From assembly GCA_003599335.1 (NCBI GenBank), contig QZJN01000010.1:1-57328 (forward strand): a stretch of 57,328 bases of DNA, in the 5' to 3' direction. Below are positions 1 through 9,203 of this stretch, piece by piece. The notes below the pieces were generated by a model. It saw only the letters and a list, made by a program, of their open reading frames with translations, did not search any database and was not told the origin of the DNA. The translations under genes and the position numbers were made by a program. Each line of letters opens with the position of its first letter. Positions within the stretch are counted from its first letter, which is position 1. The stretch comes from Candidatus Parcubacteria bacterium (lineage in GTDB: Bacteria > Patescibacteriota > Minisyncoccia > SURF-38).

Positions 1-11
1 AGTATAAAAAA

Positions 12-98
12 GGTGGGGTGGCTGAGCGGTTGAAGGCGGCGGTCTTGAAAACCGTTAGAGGAGCAATCCTCTCGTGAGTTCGAATCTCACCCCCACCG
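12..98 (+). tRNA. tRNA-Ser (anticodon TGA)
   Basis: Acceptor stem GGTGGGG/CCCCACC, anticodon loop containing TGA, long variable arm, GTTCGAATC T-loop. Confidence 0.95.
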
Positions 99-99
99 C

Positions 100-253
100 A
101 GGGAGCAAGCCAACTGCTTGGCTTGCGTGTGAGATGAGAATGCCACAGCGATGCGCGAGTTTTCCCGGCCGGAAAGGCGAGCGCCGCGAGGCGGGGCCGA
201 GAGAAATTTCCGTCAGAAAATTTACTCGTGGCCGAATCTCACCCCCACCGCCA
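100..253 (+). repeat. tRNA-3'-associated structured element, copy A, ending in a duplicate of the tRNA-Ser 3' end
   Basis: CGAATCTCACCCCCACCGC at 81-99 recurs at 233-251; 27 nt at 102-128 are identical to the reverse complement of 15037-15063. Confidence 0.85.
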
Positions 254-284
254 GTTGGGGAAAAATGGCTAAAAAATTAACCAA

Positions 285-782
285 ATGGAAAACCAAGAAG
301 GAGAAAAAGAAACCGAGATTGCTAAAGTGCTTGTGAGCTGGAGGGCTCAAGAATTTGCTCATTATGAAAGAGATAAAAACTGGTATGCCCTTTGGCTTAT
401 AACATCTCTTACCGGAATAATTCTTGCTATTATTTTTAAAAATTTCCTGTTTGCCATTTTTATCTTTTTTGCTGCTTTGGCTATTTTTGTACACGCCCTT
501 CAAGAACCAAGGGTTATCTCTTTTAAAATAACTGCCCGGGGCATAGTAATTTCAGACAGGCTTTATCCATTTGAAGAGCTTGAATCTTTCTGGATAATCT
601 ACGAACCACCTCATATAAAAGAACTCATTATAAAAAGTAAAAGAATCCTGATGCCCCAAATAAATATTCCGATCGGAGATGAAAACCCTGTAAAAATACG
701 CCAGGCCTTGCTTGAGTTTTTGACGGAAAAAGAACAAAAACATTCTCTAATCGATTCCATAAGTCGCTGGCTTAGGCTATAA
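285..782 (+). CDS. Membrane protein with two TM helices and a PH-like C-terminal domain (DUF5673-like)
   Basis: Two hydrophobic segments followed by ...ITARGIVISDRLYPFEELESFWI, a pattern common in CPR. Confidence 0.6.
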   Translation: MENQEGEKETEIAKVLVSWRAQEFAHYERDKNWYALWLITSLTGIILAIIFKNFLFAIFIFFAALAIFVHALQEPRVISFKITARGIVISDRLYPFEELESFWIIYEPPHIKELIIKSKRILMPQINIPIGDENPVKIRQALLEFLTEKEQKHSLIDSISRWLRL

Positions 783-883
783 TGTTTCTAAATTATGTAA
801 ATTTTTTGTAAAAATTTACTCTTCTCATTTCAAGCGATTTCCTTTAGTTTTATGCTTGCCGTAATATCGCTTATAATAAACTT

Positions 884-2368
884 ATGAATAAAAATCCCGA
901 AGCTGGAGGTCTACCGCCAGAAGAAATCAAGAAACAACCCGAACAAACTGGGCAAGAAATACAACCGCCAACACAACAACCAGAAAAAGAAAAAACAGAA
1001 ACCGAAATAGGGAAATTTGAAGCTTCGTTTCTCGAAAATCTTCGCCAGGCCACTCTAAAAAACTTTGCCCCTCACCCTTCACTTAAGGAAAGGTATGACA
1101 GAGAACGTCGGCCATTTGTCGAGGGAGCAAAAAGCGTAGTGCCAAAACTTGAGCTAAACGAGGATAACGACCAAGACCCTCATTTTTACTTCGCTCTAAG
1201 ATATACCGACGAAGAAGGTCAGGATGTAGATTTTGTTCCAAGAACAGAAAAAGGAAACTTAGACGACAATGCCATATGGGGCGCTTTTTCCGAAGCAGCA
1301 AAAAACTATCCACCAGAGCTCGTTGAAGGTTTTTACAAAAAATGCCTCAACGAAGCTTTACTTCCTATAAAACAGAGGGTTTCTTTGTTAGAAAGCCAAG
1401 TTTCTGACTTTGAACAAAAATTCCAACGCACAAAAAATCAGTGGAATAAAGACGATCTCCAAAGAAAACGAAAAAATGCCAAAGACAAATTGGACAGACT
1501 AAACATTAAACTTACCGCTGCGCGTCTAAAATATAGGGAACAAAAACCTTTTGAAGTAAAAAAACCTCACGAAGAAGCGGATCAAGAAGTCTTATTGAAA
1601 ACCCTCAAAGAACTGCCGCCACAAGTAAGTGTTGCCCAAGCGCTTGAAAGATCTGAAGAAGCAACGATCAAGCCAGATGAAATTGAGGTAATTCCTCCGC
1701 CAAAGAAGGTGCCGGAATCTAAACAGGAAAAATCAGCGGTTGTGATAGAAGTCTTGCCAGAAAAAAGTGGGGAAGAAACCATAATCACAAAAAGAAGTCC
1801 CGAAGAAATAAATAAAGAAATAGCCACAGAAGAAAAAAGATTCATAGATAACTTTAATGAAGGTAGTTTAAGTCTCGAAAAAGTCAGGGAGACAATGATG
1901 AAATTAGCAGCGCTGCATAGGGAAAAAGGAGATATTGAACTTGCAGAAAATCTAGAAAAAGAAGCTGCAGAATTAAACGAAGAAACCTACGCGAAGGCTA
2001 TCGAGCTTCTCAAACAAGAAAAAAATGAGTTGCCCCCTCCAGAAAAACCGCCACTCACATACCCGGAATCTGGAGGTAACAACAACGAAGGTTGGTGGAA
2101 TCGTGTTCCTCCAAAAGTAAAAAAATATGTTAAAGTCGGGGTTATTGCCGGCGGAATTGGAGCTGGCATAGGCATAGGCCTCTCTGCTACGAGCGGAATT
2201 GGAGTTGGGCTTGGCACCGGCTTAGCTCTGGGTGTTGGTGGCACGGTTGGCATCGGAGCATTACCGTTTATTATATGGTACTTGTTAAAAGGCTGGGGTA
2301 AACTTTTTAACTGGTCCTGGGAGAAAATAACTGGTGATAAATTTTACGAAGGAAAGAAAAAAGAGTAG
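884..2368 (+). CDS. Glu/Lys-rich coiled-coil protein with a C-terminal glycine-zipper membrane segment
   Basis: 494-aa ORF; C-terminal GVIAGGIGAGIGIGLSATSGIGVGLGTGLALGVGG; TATAAT 6 nt before the ATG. Confidence 0.75.
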   Translation: MNKNPEAGGLPPEEIKKQPEQTGQEIQPPTQQPEKEKTETEIGKFEASFLENLRQATLKNFAPHPSLKERYDRERRPFVEGAKSVVPKLELNEDNDQDPHFYFALRYTDEEGQDVDFVPRTEKGNLDDNAIWGAFSEAAKNYPPELVEGFYKKCLNEALLPIKQRVSLLESQVSDFEQKFQRTKNQWNKDDLQRKRKNAKDKLDRLNIKLTAARLKYREQKPFEVKKPHEEADQEVLLKTLKELPPQVSVAQALERSEEATIKPDEIEVIPPPKKVPESKQEKSAVVIEVLPEKSGEETIITKRSPEEINKEIATEEKRFIDNFNEGSLSLEKVRETMMKLAALHREKGDIELAENLEKEAAELNEETYAKAIELLKQEKNELPPPEKPPLTYPESGGNNNEGWWNRVPPKVKKYVKVGVIAGGIGAGIGIGLSATSGIGVGLGTGLALGVGGTVGIGALPFIIWYLLKGWGKLFNWSWEKITGDKFYEGKKKE

Positions 2369-2425
2369 ATTTGTTTTTTACCTAGAACTTGTTTAAAATA
2401 TTTATCTGAATTGTAATTAGCCGTT

Positions 2426-2497
2426 GCCCTCGTCGTTCAATGGATAGGACGCAAGCTTGCGGAGCTTGTAATAGGGGTTCGAATCCTCTCGAGGGCG
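2426..2497 (+). tRNA. tRNA-Arg (anticodon GCG)
   Basis: GCCCTCG/CGAGGGC acceptor; CAAGC-TTGCGGA-GCTTG anticodon arm; GTTCGAATC. Confidence 0.93.
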
Positions 2498-2650
2498 CAA
2501 AGTTTTCTCTCAAAAAGTTCTCAATACAAAACTTTGCACTTTAATAATATATTCGCTTGGGTTGACAAAAAATCCTAATGTGATAAGATTTGCGTGCTTG
2601 GAAAGTCTGTCGGCTTTCTGACATCCTTAACAATTAAAGATGTAAAAACC

Positions 2651-2737
2651 ATGAACGAACAGAAGAATCCCCAAGCACCTCAACAGCCAAAGCCGCAAGG
2701 CGAAGAAAAAAAGGCTGAAGGGGAACAAAATCAATAA
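2651..2737 (+). CDS. Putative 28-aa micropeptide MNEQKNPQAPQQPKPQGEEKKAEGEQNQ
   Basis: Short ORF between a TTGACA promoter (~2562) and a terminator hairpin (2747-2779); composition resembles neighbouring proteins. Confidence 0.5.
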   Translation: MNEQKNPQAPQQPKPQGEEKKAEGEQNQ

Positions 2738-2746
2738 CGTCACTGA

Positions 2747-2779
2747 ATCAAAGCCCGTCCAATAAGGACGGGTTTTGAT
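2747..2779 (+). terminator. Intrinsic terminator
   Basis: ATCAAAGCCCGTCC-AATAA-GGACGGGTTTTGAT hairpin. Confidence 0.7.
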
Positions 2780-2866
2780 ATATAATAAAAGATATATTTT
2801 TAATGACTCCAAGCCACTAATATTGACAAAATCATAATTTTACATTAAAATATAATCATTAAACTT

Positions 2867-3595
2867 ATGAGTGTTTTTCAACCAGGTATGGGACCAACAC
2901 CAGAACAAATGGGCTTTAATCAAGAATCAACAAAAACTCCGGAAACAAAAGAAACATCCGGAGAAAAATTTGAACAAGCCCTTCTTGAAACTTTAAAAAA
3001 CTCAGCAATCGGAGCAAGACTTGAAAAAGAAGAAGGCAAAGAAGTTAAGGCGAAAACAAACCCGGATCAGGTTCAACTGTTAAACCTGCAAGAACTTGGA
3101 AAAGAAAAGGCTGGAGAGATTGAAGCCAAAGAAAAACTCAAAAGAGATTTAGATTCTATCACATCGGCATCTGGCGTGGAAGCGATTTTTGATTTTGATA
3201 AATCCGGGAAACTAAATGAGATATCTTTCGGGTTGGTAATAAAAAAAGCCGAGGGTAAAAAGCCGGCAGAAATATTGAAATTAGACGATGAAGAAAGAGC
3301 CAAAGAAGCAATCGAGGCCGCAAAAGCCCTGTCTTCAGAAAAAGAGGAAGGTAAATTCATGAATAGAATCCTTGATAAAAAAATTGAAGCTTTAAACGGA
3401 GAATATACAGAACTTGTAAACCAGCTTGATGCTTTATTTAAATCCCAGAAAGTTGGGGAAGAACTGCCGGCTCCCATACGCAGCGCCCTAAAACAGGAAA
3501 AATCAAGACAACGAATGCTTGAGGCTCAAATTGAAAGCCTGCAGCAAACAAAAAAGATGTTTGAAAAAAAAGAAGGTTCCGACCAAAAACAATAA
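2867..3595 (+). CDS. Hypothetical Glu/Lys-rich coiled-coil protein
   Basis: 242-aa ORF preceded by TTGACA-17-TAAAAT. Confidence 0.75.
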   Translation: MSVFQPGMGPTPEQMGFNQESTKTPETKETSGEKFEQALLETLKNSAIGARLEKEEGKEVKAKTNPDQVQLLNLQELGKEKAGEIEAKEKLKRDLDSITSASGVEAIFDFDKSGKLNEISFGLVIKKAEGKKPAEILKLDDEERAKEAIEAAKALSSEKEEGKFMNRILDKKIEALNGEYTELVNQLDALFKSQKVGEELPAPIRSALKQEKSRQRMLEAQIESLQQTKKMFEKKEGSDQKQ

Positions 3596-3656
3596 ATCTA
3601 TCGTATTTAAAAAGTCGTTAATCTAATAAAATATTAACGGATTTAAAAATAAAATA

Positions 3657-3881
3657 ATGAGCGTACATCAACCAGGCCAAGGCCCATCGCCAGAAGCAAG
3701 CGAAGAACAACCAGAAACCACGCTTGAAGCCGAATTCGTCGATTTAAGCGAAGAGGCCAAAACAGAGGAAACTGAAAAACCAGATCAAAAACCAAAAGGT
3801 TCTGGTCAGATAAAATTGGCTCCTGACTTTAAAGTAACTTATAAAGAAAAAGATAAGAGACCAGAACAGAAAGAAAAGTAA
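3657..3881 (+). CDS. Small acidic hypothetical protein
   Basis: 74-aa ORF whose N-terminus resembles that of the upstream ORF; followed by a terminator. Confidence 0.65.
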   Translation: MSVHQPGQGPSPEASEEQPETTLEAEFVDLSEEAKTEETEKPDQKPKGSGQIKLAPDFKVTYKEKDKRPEQKEK

Positions 3882-3889
3882 TCTAAACA

Positions 3890-3918
3890 AAGAAACCCCG
3901 CCGCTGGCGGGGTTTCTT
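3890..3918. terminator. Intrinsic terminator (bidirectional-type)
   Basis: AAGAAACCCCGCC-GCT-GGCGGGGTTTCTT. Confidence 0.75.
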
Positions 3919-3959
3919 GTTTATTCCCACACATCTAGGATAGAGTAAAAGATAGAATT

Positions 3960-6080
3960 ATGACTACTAATTTATCTTTCTCTCTAAATACTCCCCTTTC
4001 TGAACTTAAACGAATAACCCCGGCGTATATTAAAAATCTCAAAAAACTCAAAATAAAAACGCTGGGCGATTTGATTTATCATTTTCCCAACCGCTATGAA
4101 GATTTCTCAAAAATTCTGCCAATAAAAGATGTCTTCGTCGGCGAAGTCGTAACAATCCAAGGAAAAATAACCGATATAAATCTCACCCGCACGTGGAAAA
4201 GAAAAATATACATAACAGAAATAGAGATAAAAGACGAAACCGGTTCAATCTCGGCCATTTGGTACAACCAACCATACCTCGCTCAAACTTTTAAACCCGG
4301 TCTTACTATAAGCCTTTCTGGCAAGACTTCCAAAGAAGGTAAAAGGGTTTATCTTCAAAATCCCTCTTACGAACTAGTCAGAAAAGAAAATCAGTTTTTG
4401 GCTCACACCGCAAGATTGGTGGCTATTTATCCCGAAACAAAAGGGGTGACTAGCCGCTGGTTAAGATTTCAACTAAAACAGCTTTTACCTTTTATTAAAG
4501 AAATTCCCGAGTTTCTTCCCCAAAACATAATAAGAAAAAATGGGCTTATGCCTTTAGCTCTTGCCTTAAACGAAATCCATTTTCCAAATTCTAGAGAAAA
4601 GATTGAACATGCCAAAAAAAGACTTGGTTTTGACGAAATTTTTTTCATTCAGCTTTTTCTTGCAACCCAAAGAGCGAACTTAAAGAAAGAAACTTCTCCA
4701 GCTATTAGCTTTAATCAAAAAATTGTAAAAAAATTTGTGGATTCTTTGCCTTTTAAATTAACCCAGGCCCAACGCAAAGCCGCTTGGGAAATTCTGCAGG
4801 ATTTAGAAAAATCTCACCCGATGAACAGGCTTTTAAACGGCGATGTCGGCACCGGCAAAACCCTTGTCGCTTCAATCGCTTCCCTGCAGGTTGCGGAAAA
4901 AAATCACCAGGTGGCCTTTATGGCCCCAACCGAAGTTTTGGCATGGCAACATTTTAATACCTTTTACTCGTTGTTCCAAGAAAACAATTTTGGAATCGTC
5001 TTGGCGACCGGCTCTCAAAACAAATTTTTCAACCCAACCACAAAAGAAATAAAAGAAGTTACAAAAAAACAAATAAAAGAGATTGTCGGCAACGGGAGAG
5101 CTCAAATTATCATCGGCACACACGCCCTCATCCAGGAAGACTCTGTATTTAAAAATCTGGCATTGGCCATAATTGATGAACAACATCGTTTCGGCGTTGC
5201 ACAAAGGGCAAAATTGGCTTCCGGTCAAAAACTTACGCCTCACCTTTTAACAATGACGGCAACTCCAATCCCCCGCACGCTTACGCTTGCAATCTACGGG
5301 GATCTGGATATTTCAATCTTAAACGAGATGCCGCGCGGATTAAGAACTGTGAATACAAAAATTATCCTCCCCCAACAAGCTAATCAAATTTATCGCTTTG
5401 TTGCAGAACAAATAATAAAAGGCCAGCAGGTCTTTGTTGTTTGTCCAAGAATTGAAGAGGTTAAAGAAGAAAAAATTGAAAGTGAGGCAATAATTAAAAA
5501 GCTGGATATGAAAGCCGTTGATACCGAATTTGAAAAACTAAAAAAGATCTTTCCAAAATTCAATATCGCCAAGCTCCATGGAAAAATGAAATCCCAAGAA
5601 AAAACTGAAGTTTTAGAAAAGATGCAACGGGGAAAAATTGATATTTTAGTTGCAACATCTGTGATTGAAGTTGGTATTGATGTTCCTAAAGCAAGCATTT
5701 TATGGATAGAAAACGCCGAACGTTTCGGTCTTGCGCAATTGCATCAATTTCGTGGGCGCATAGGCCGTAAAGGACAACAAGCTTGGTGTTTTTTGTTTTC
5801 AAATAAAGATAGTTCCGAGCGACTAAAAGCCATGGTTGCGACAAACGACGGGTTTAAATTGGCTAAAAAAGACCTGGAAATAAGGGGACCGGGAGAATTT
5901 TACGGAGTCCAACAATGGGGATTCCCGGATCTAACAATCGGCTCTCTGGCTGATTACGAAACAGTAAAGCTTGCGCGCGACGAAGCCTTAAACCTCTTAA
6001 AGGAAGATTCTGAGTTAAAAAAATATCCAGCGCTCAAAGCAAAGTTTTCGGATTTTACCAAGAAAATACACTTAGAATAA
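3960..6080 (+). CDS. recG: ATP-dependent DNA helicase RecG
   Basis: MNRLLNGDVGTGKT, MAPTEVLA, IIDEQHRFG, MTATPIPRTL, ERFGLAQLHQFRGRIGR. Confidence 0.97.
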   Translation: MTTNLSFSLNTPLSELKRITPAYIKNLKKLKIKTLGDLIYHFPNRYEDFSKILPIKDVFVGEVVTIQGKITDINLTRTWKRKIYITEIEIKDETGSISAIWYNQPYLAQTFKPGLTISLSGKTSKEGKRVYLQNPSYELVRKENQFLAHTARLVAIYPETKGVTSRWLRFQLKQLLPFIKEIPEFLPQNIIRKNGLMPLALALNEIHFPNSREKIEHAKKRLGFDEIFFIQLFLATQRANLKKETSPAISFNQKIVKKFVDSLPFKLTQAQRKAAWEILQDLEKSHPMNRLLNGDVGTGKTLVASIASLQVAEKNHQVAFMAPTEVLAWQHFNTFYSLFQENNFGIVLATGSQNKFFNPTTKEIKEVTKKQIKEIVGNGRAQIIIGTHALIQEDSVFKNLALAIIDEQHRFGVAQRAKLASGQKLTPHLLTMTATPIPRTLTLAIYGDLDISILNEMPRGLRTVNTKIILPQQANQIYRFVAEQIIKGQQVFVVCPRIEEVKEEKIESEAIIKKLDMKAVDTEFEKLKKIFPKFNIAKLHGKMKSQEKTEVLEKMQRGKIDILVATSVIEVGIDVPKASILWIENAERFGLAQLHQFRGRIGRKGQQAWCFLFSNKDSSERLKAMVATNDGFKLAKKDLEIRGPGEFYGVQQWGFPDLTIGSLADYETVKLARDEALNLLKEDSELKKYPALKAKFSDFTKKIHLE

Positions 6081-7646
6081 TCATTTCCGTGACTTCTCAG
6101 TCACCCAAAAACCCATATATTTTCCTAGCATCAGACGAGTTTGAGCCTCAAGAGCCGGGATTGAAGAAAAAATCATCAAGGCAAACGGGGTAAGAAACCA
6201 CTGCAAAACAAGCCAAGCATTATGAAACAAGGATTTCCCTTTAGGCGGGGGCGGCATTAAAGCAATACTTAAAGTTGCCGATGTAACTATTCCTATCATT
6301 GAAATTGTAAGCAATATCTGGGTCAGCTTTGGAAGATTATAAGAAAGAACGGTGGAACGAAAAGCCTGCCCTCCTATCGCTATTGGCAACCAGCCCATCA
6401 AAAAAATAATCAGTGAGCTTGTCGCCCAGGTATGAAAGCCTTCAACAAGCAGCCAAAGATATTTAATTTTTATTTTTAAAGCAACGGCCTTATTTTTCAG
6501 AAAACCAAAAGCAAGATATGGCAAGTTTTCAACTCCCCAGGCCCAACGACGCTGTTGCTTATAAATATTGATCATTGTACGACCGAAACTTTCGGCAACG
6601 TTGGCATCCATAGAAACCGGATAATATAAAGATACAACTTTATAATCGCCATCGTAACGAAGCAGCGACTGAAAAAATATTCTTGAATCTTCAGAAACCA
6701 TATTGTTTTGCCAGAAACCAACATCTTCAAGAGCTTTAAAGCTCATTGAATGAGAAGAAAAGGTTGTTTGTTTGTGAGGCCTTTCTTGCTGCATCATATG
6801 CCAGAAGGTTGAAGAATAACTCAAGACTCTGGCCAAAGCCGGGGCCTCCCAAATATTGTTGTGATAAAAAGGTATTGGCTGGTAAGAAGCCCTGGCTGGA
6901 TTTTTTGTTTTTAAATAATGATACGTAAGGCAGCCAAAATAACCTCTTGGAACCTGGGTATCAACATCAAAAGCAGAAACAATAATTCGCTCGTAAGGAA
7001 TCCCCTTCTCATTTATCATTGTTTTTATTTGCCCGGCGGCGAAGTGTAGATTTGAACCCTTGCCGGCGACTTCACCCGATATATTATTCGGATGAACCGT
7101 AACTATAAAATCTCCAAAGGCTTCTTTGAACTTTTCTTTCATTTTTACAGCTATATTTTTGGCTTCTTCACCGGCTCTTTCTTCAATAGCCAAAACAACA
7201 ACCATTCTTTCTTTCGGATAATCAGCCGCTTTTATCGCCTCTATTGTTTGTTCGACTATCTTTTTATCCTCTTTGTACATCGGCAAAAAAACTACGTGCC
7301 AAAGATCGCGCCAGCTTGAGAGAGGCAGAGAATATTTTTTGGGAGGAAATTTTTCAAGTTTTTTAAGCCAATCTGTATGTAATCTTTTTTTCATTTTGTC
7401 GTAAGTGGCCTTAAGAAAAAAGAAAAGATATAGAGTTCTTACAAACCAATAGAAATCAAATATTATTATGAATAGCGCAACAAAAACCGGAATTTTGTAG
7501 GATAGAAATATCAATAAAGCAAGCGTTGACCAAGCCAAGACTCCAGGAAGTATCTCAAAAAATCTGTATAAAATTTTATCTTTGCGGCTTTCAAGCTCGG
7601 CTGCTCTTCCAAGACGGGTATAAAAATAAGCCTCTGGTAAAGGCAT
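6081..7646 (-). CDS. Membrane glycosyltransferase, family 2
   Basis: LPMYKE, GKGSNL, DVD, SED and QQRRW motifs; multiple TM helices; start could be the TTG at 7658. Confidence 0.88.
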   Translation of the reverse strand: MPLPEAYFYTRLGRAAELESRKDKILYRFFEILPGVLAWSTLALLIFLSYKIPVFVALFIIIFDFYWFVRTLYLFFFLKATYDKMKKRLHTDWLKKLEKFPPKKYSLPLSSWRDLWHVVFLPMYKEDKKIVEQTIEAIKAADYPKERMVVVLAIEERAGEEAKNIAVKMKEKFKEAFGDFIVTVHPNNISGEVAGKGSNLHFAAGQIKTMINEKGIPYERIIVSAFDVDTQVPRGYFGCLTYHYLKTKNPARASYQPIPFYHNNIWEAPALARVLSYSSTFWHMMQQERPHKQTTFSSHSMSFKALEDVGFWQNNMVSEDSRIFFQSLLRYDGDYKVVSLYYPVSMDANVAESFGRTMINIYKQQRRWAWGVENLPYLAFGFLKNKAVALKIKIKYLWLLVEGFHTWATSSLIIFLMGWLPIAIGGQAFRSTVLSYNLPKLTQILLTISMIGIVTSATLSIALMPPPPKGKSLFHNAWLVLQWFLTPFALMIFSSIPALEAQTRLMLGKYMGFWVTEKSRK

Positions 7647-7672
7647 GGTGAGTTTCAATTATACTCTAAACT

Positions 7673-9013
7673 TTAAATAGAAACAAATGTGATAGGCAGT
7701 TTTAAGATAAAGCCGACAACAACGGCGCCAATACAAATCGCTAAAATAAAAAATCTTCTATTTTGGTATTTATCGAAAAAATATTTTATTAAAATTGCCG
7801 AAAGCATAATCCCAAACAAAAGAGCCGGAATATAATGATACAAAAACATGGGCCTTGAGATTGCTGCAAACGGCGCCCAATTAATAAGCCAGCCGATGGT
7901 AAATATTAAGCTTAACTTGCCATAATTACTCTTACGAAAATCACTTTTTAATACCAGAAGAAAAGAAGAAACAAAAACAGACAATAGCACTATCCACCAA
8001 ACGCCAAGGTTTGCGTCAAAAACAACTAAATTTTGATTATTATCAAAATGATACGGAAACGGCTTTTGTCCAAGGGGCCACAACCAAAAGGGGCTTGCCG
8101 AGGGATGAACTGCACTGCCTATATTACCCCCAAACATATAAAAATTAGTTTCCAAGAAACGTCCGATAATTGTGTTTGAACGAGGAGAATTTAAAAATTC
8201 AATATCTGTATAAATAGGGCTTCCCGCAGCCGCAACATAATTCAAACTAAACCAACGATTACCTTCGTCTGTTTTTACGATGCCAAAATAAATAGTGAAA
8301 ATTAAAAAATAAACAGCAAGAGGAATACTTACCAAAGAAAACCAATTAAACCCTTTGGGCTGTGAAGTGAGTTTAACATTGCTATTAAAAAGCTTCTGTG
8401 CCAAAGGATGAATCCAAATAATCATCAGTAATGCGCTCCAACCAGTCCATTTAACAGAGCCGGCCATACCAGCCGCTATTAAAGAAAAAACTAAAAGCTC
8501 TTTTTTGTATTTTTCAGATTTAAATGATTTCACAAATAACCAAAAACTTAACAGTATAAAAAACCAGAGCATCGAATCCAACAAAATAAGTTTGGATTGA
8601 ACTATTGCCGAATTATCAAAAGCAATAAAAAATCCTCCCAAAAACGAGGCTAAACGCGAACCGGAAAGTTCAAAAACCAAAGACCACAAAAGCAAAACAA
8701 CCATCACTCCAAAAAAAGCTGGAACAATCCGAAGGGCTAAAAATTTATCAGAAGGATAGGCCTTGCCAACTTCAATTTTCCCGTCAGTCGGGATACCAAT
8801 GACGCTAGCGGCGCCAGAAATAATTAATTTTCCAAGTGGCGGATGAATATCAAAAGAATACCTTCCTTTTAGATAATCTTGGGTAAAACCAGAAAAATGA
8901 TATTCATCGGTTACAACTATTGCCGGATTAAAAATAAACAAAAATCTGGTCAGAACAGCTATGGCCAATATTACCCAAACTTCCGGATGAGTTGATCTAA
9001 AAAATTCTTTCAT
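7673..9013 (-). CDS. Protein O-mannosyltransferase-like (PMT/GT39) phospholipid carrier-dependent glycosyltransferase
   Basis: DEYHF, FDIHPPLGKL, ILLD, VKWTG, HPSASPFWLWP, FLYHYIPA. Confidence 0.85.
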   Translation of the reverse strand: MKEFFRSTHPEVWVILAIAVLTRFLFIFNPAIVVTDEYHFSGFTQDYLKGRYSFDIHPPLGKLIISGAASVIGIPTDGKIEVGKAYPSDKFLALRIVPAFFGVMVVLLLWSLVFELSGSRLASFLGGFFIAFDNSAIVQSKLILLDSMLWFFILLSFWLFVKSFKSEKYKKELLVFSLIAAGMAGSVKWTGWSALLMIIWIHPLAQKLFNSNVKLTSQPKGFNWFSLVSIPLAVYFLIFTIYFGIVKTDEGNRWFSLNYVAAAGSPIYTDIEFLNSPRSNTIIGRFLETNFYMFGGNIGSAVHPSASPFWLWPLGQKPFPYHFDNNQNLVVFDANLGVWWIVLLSVFVSSFLLVLKSDFRKSNYGKLSLIFTIGWLINWAPFAAISRPMFLYHYIPALLFGIMLSAILIKYFFDKYQNRRFFILAICIGAVVVGFILKLPITFVSI

Positions 9014-9081
9014 TAAACACTTCAATTATACCAAATTTATAAATATAGACTTTGTTATAGAAAGCCTGCATTAAAAATTTG

Positions 9082-9156
9082 TGCTCCCATCGGGATTCGA
9101 ACCCGAGTTTCAGCCGTGAAAGGGCCGCGTCCTGGACCAGGCTAGACGATGGGAGC
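9082..9156 (-). tRNA. tRNA-Glu (anticodon TTC)
   Basis: GCTCCCA/TGGGAGC acceptor; CGGCC-CTTTCAC-GGCTG anticodon arm. Confidence 0.95.
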
Positions 9157-9203
9157 AATTTATCTACAACATATTACAACACTTTTTTTATTTTGTATAC
9201 TCA

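Noticed and set aside
74-336. ORFs at 74-280 and 151-336
   Set aside because: They overlap the tRNA, the repeat element or the real gene at 285; spurious.
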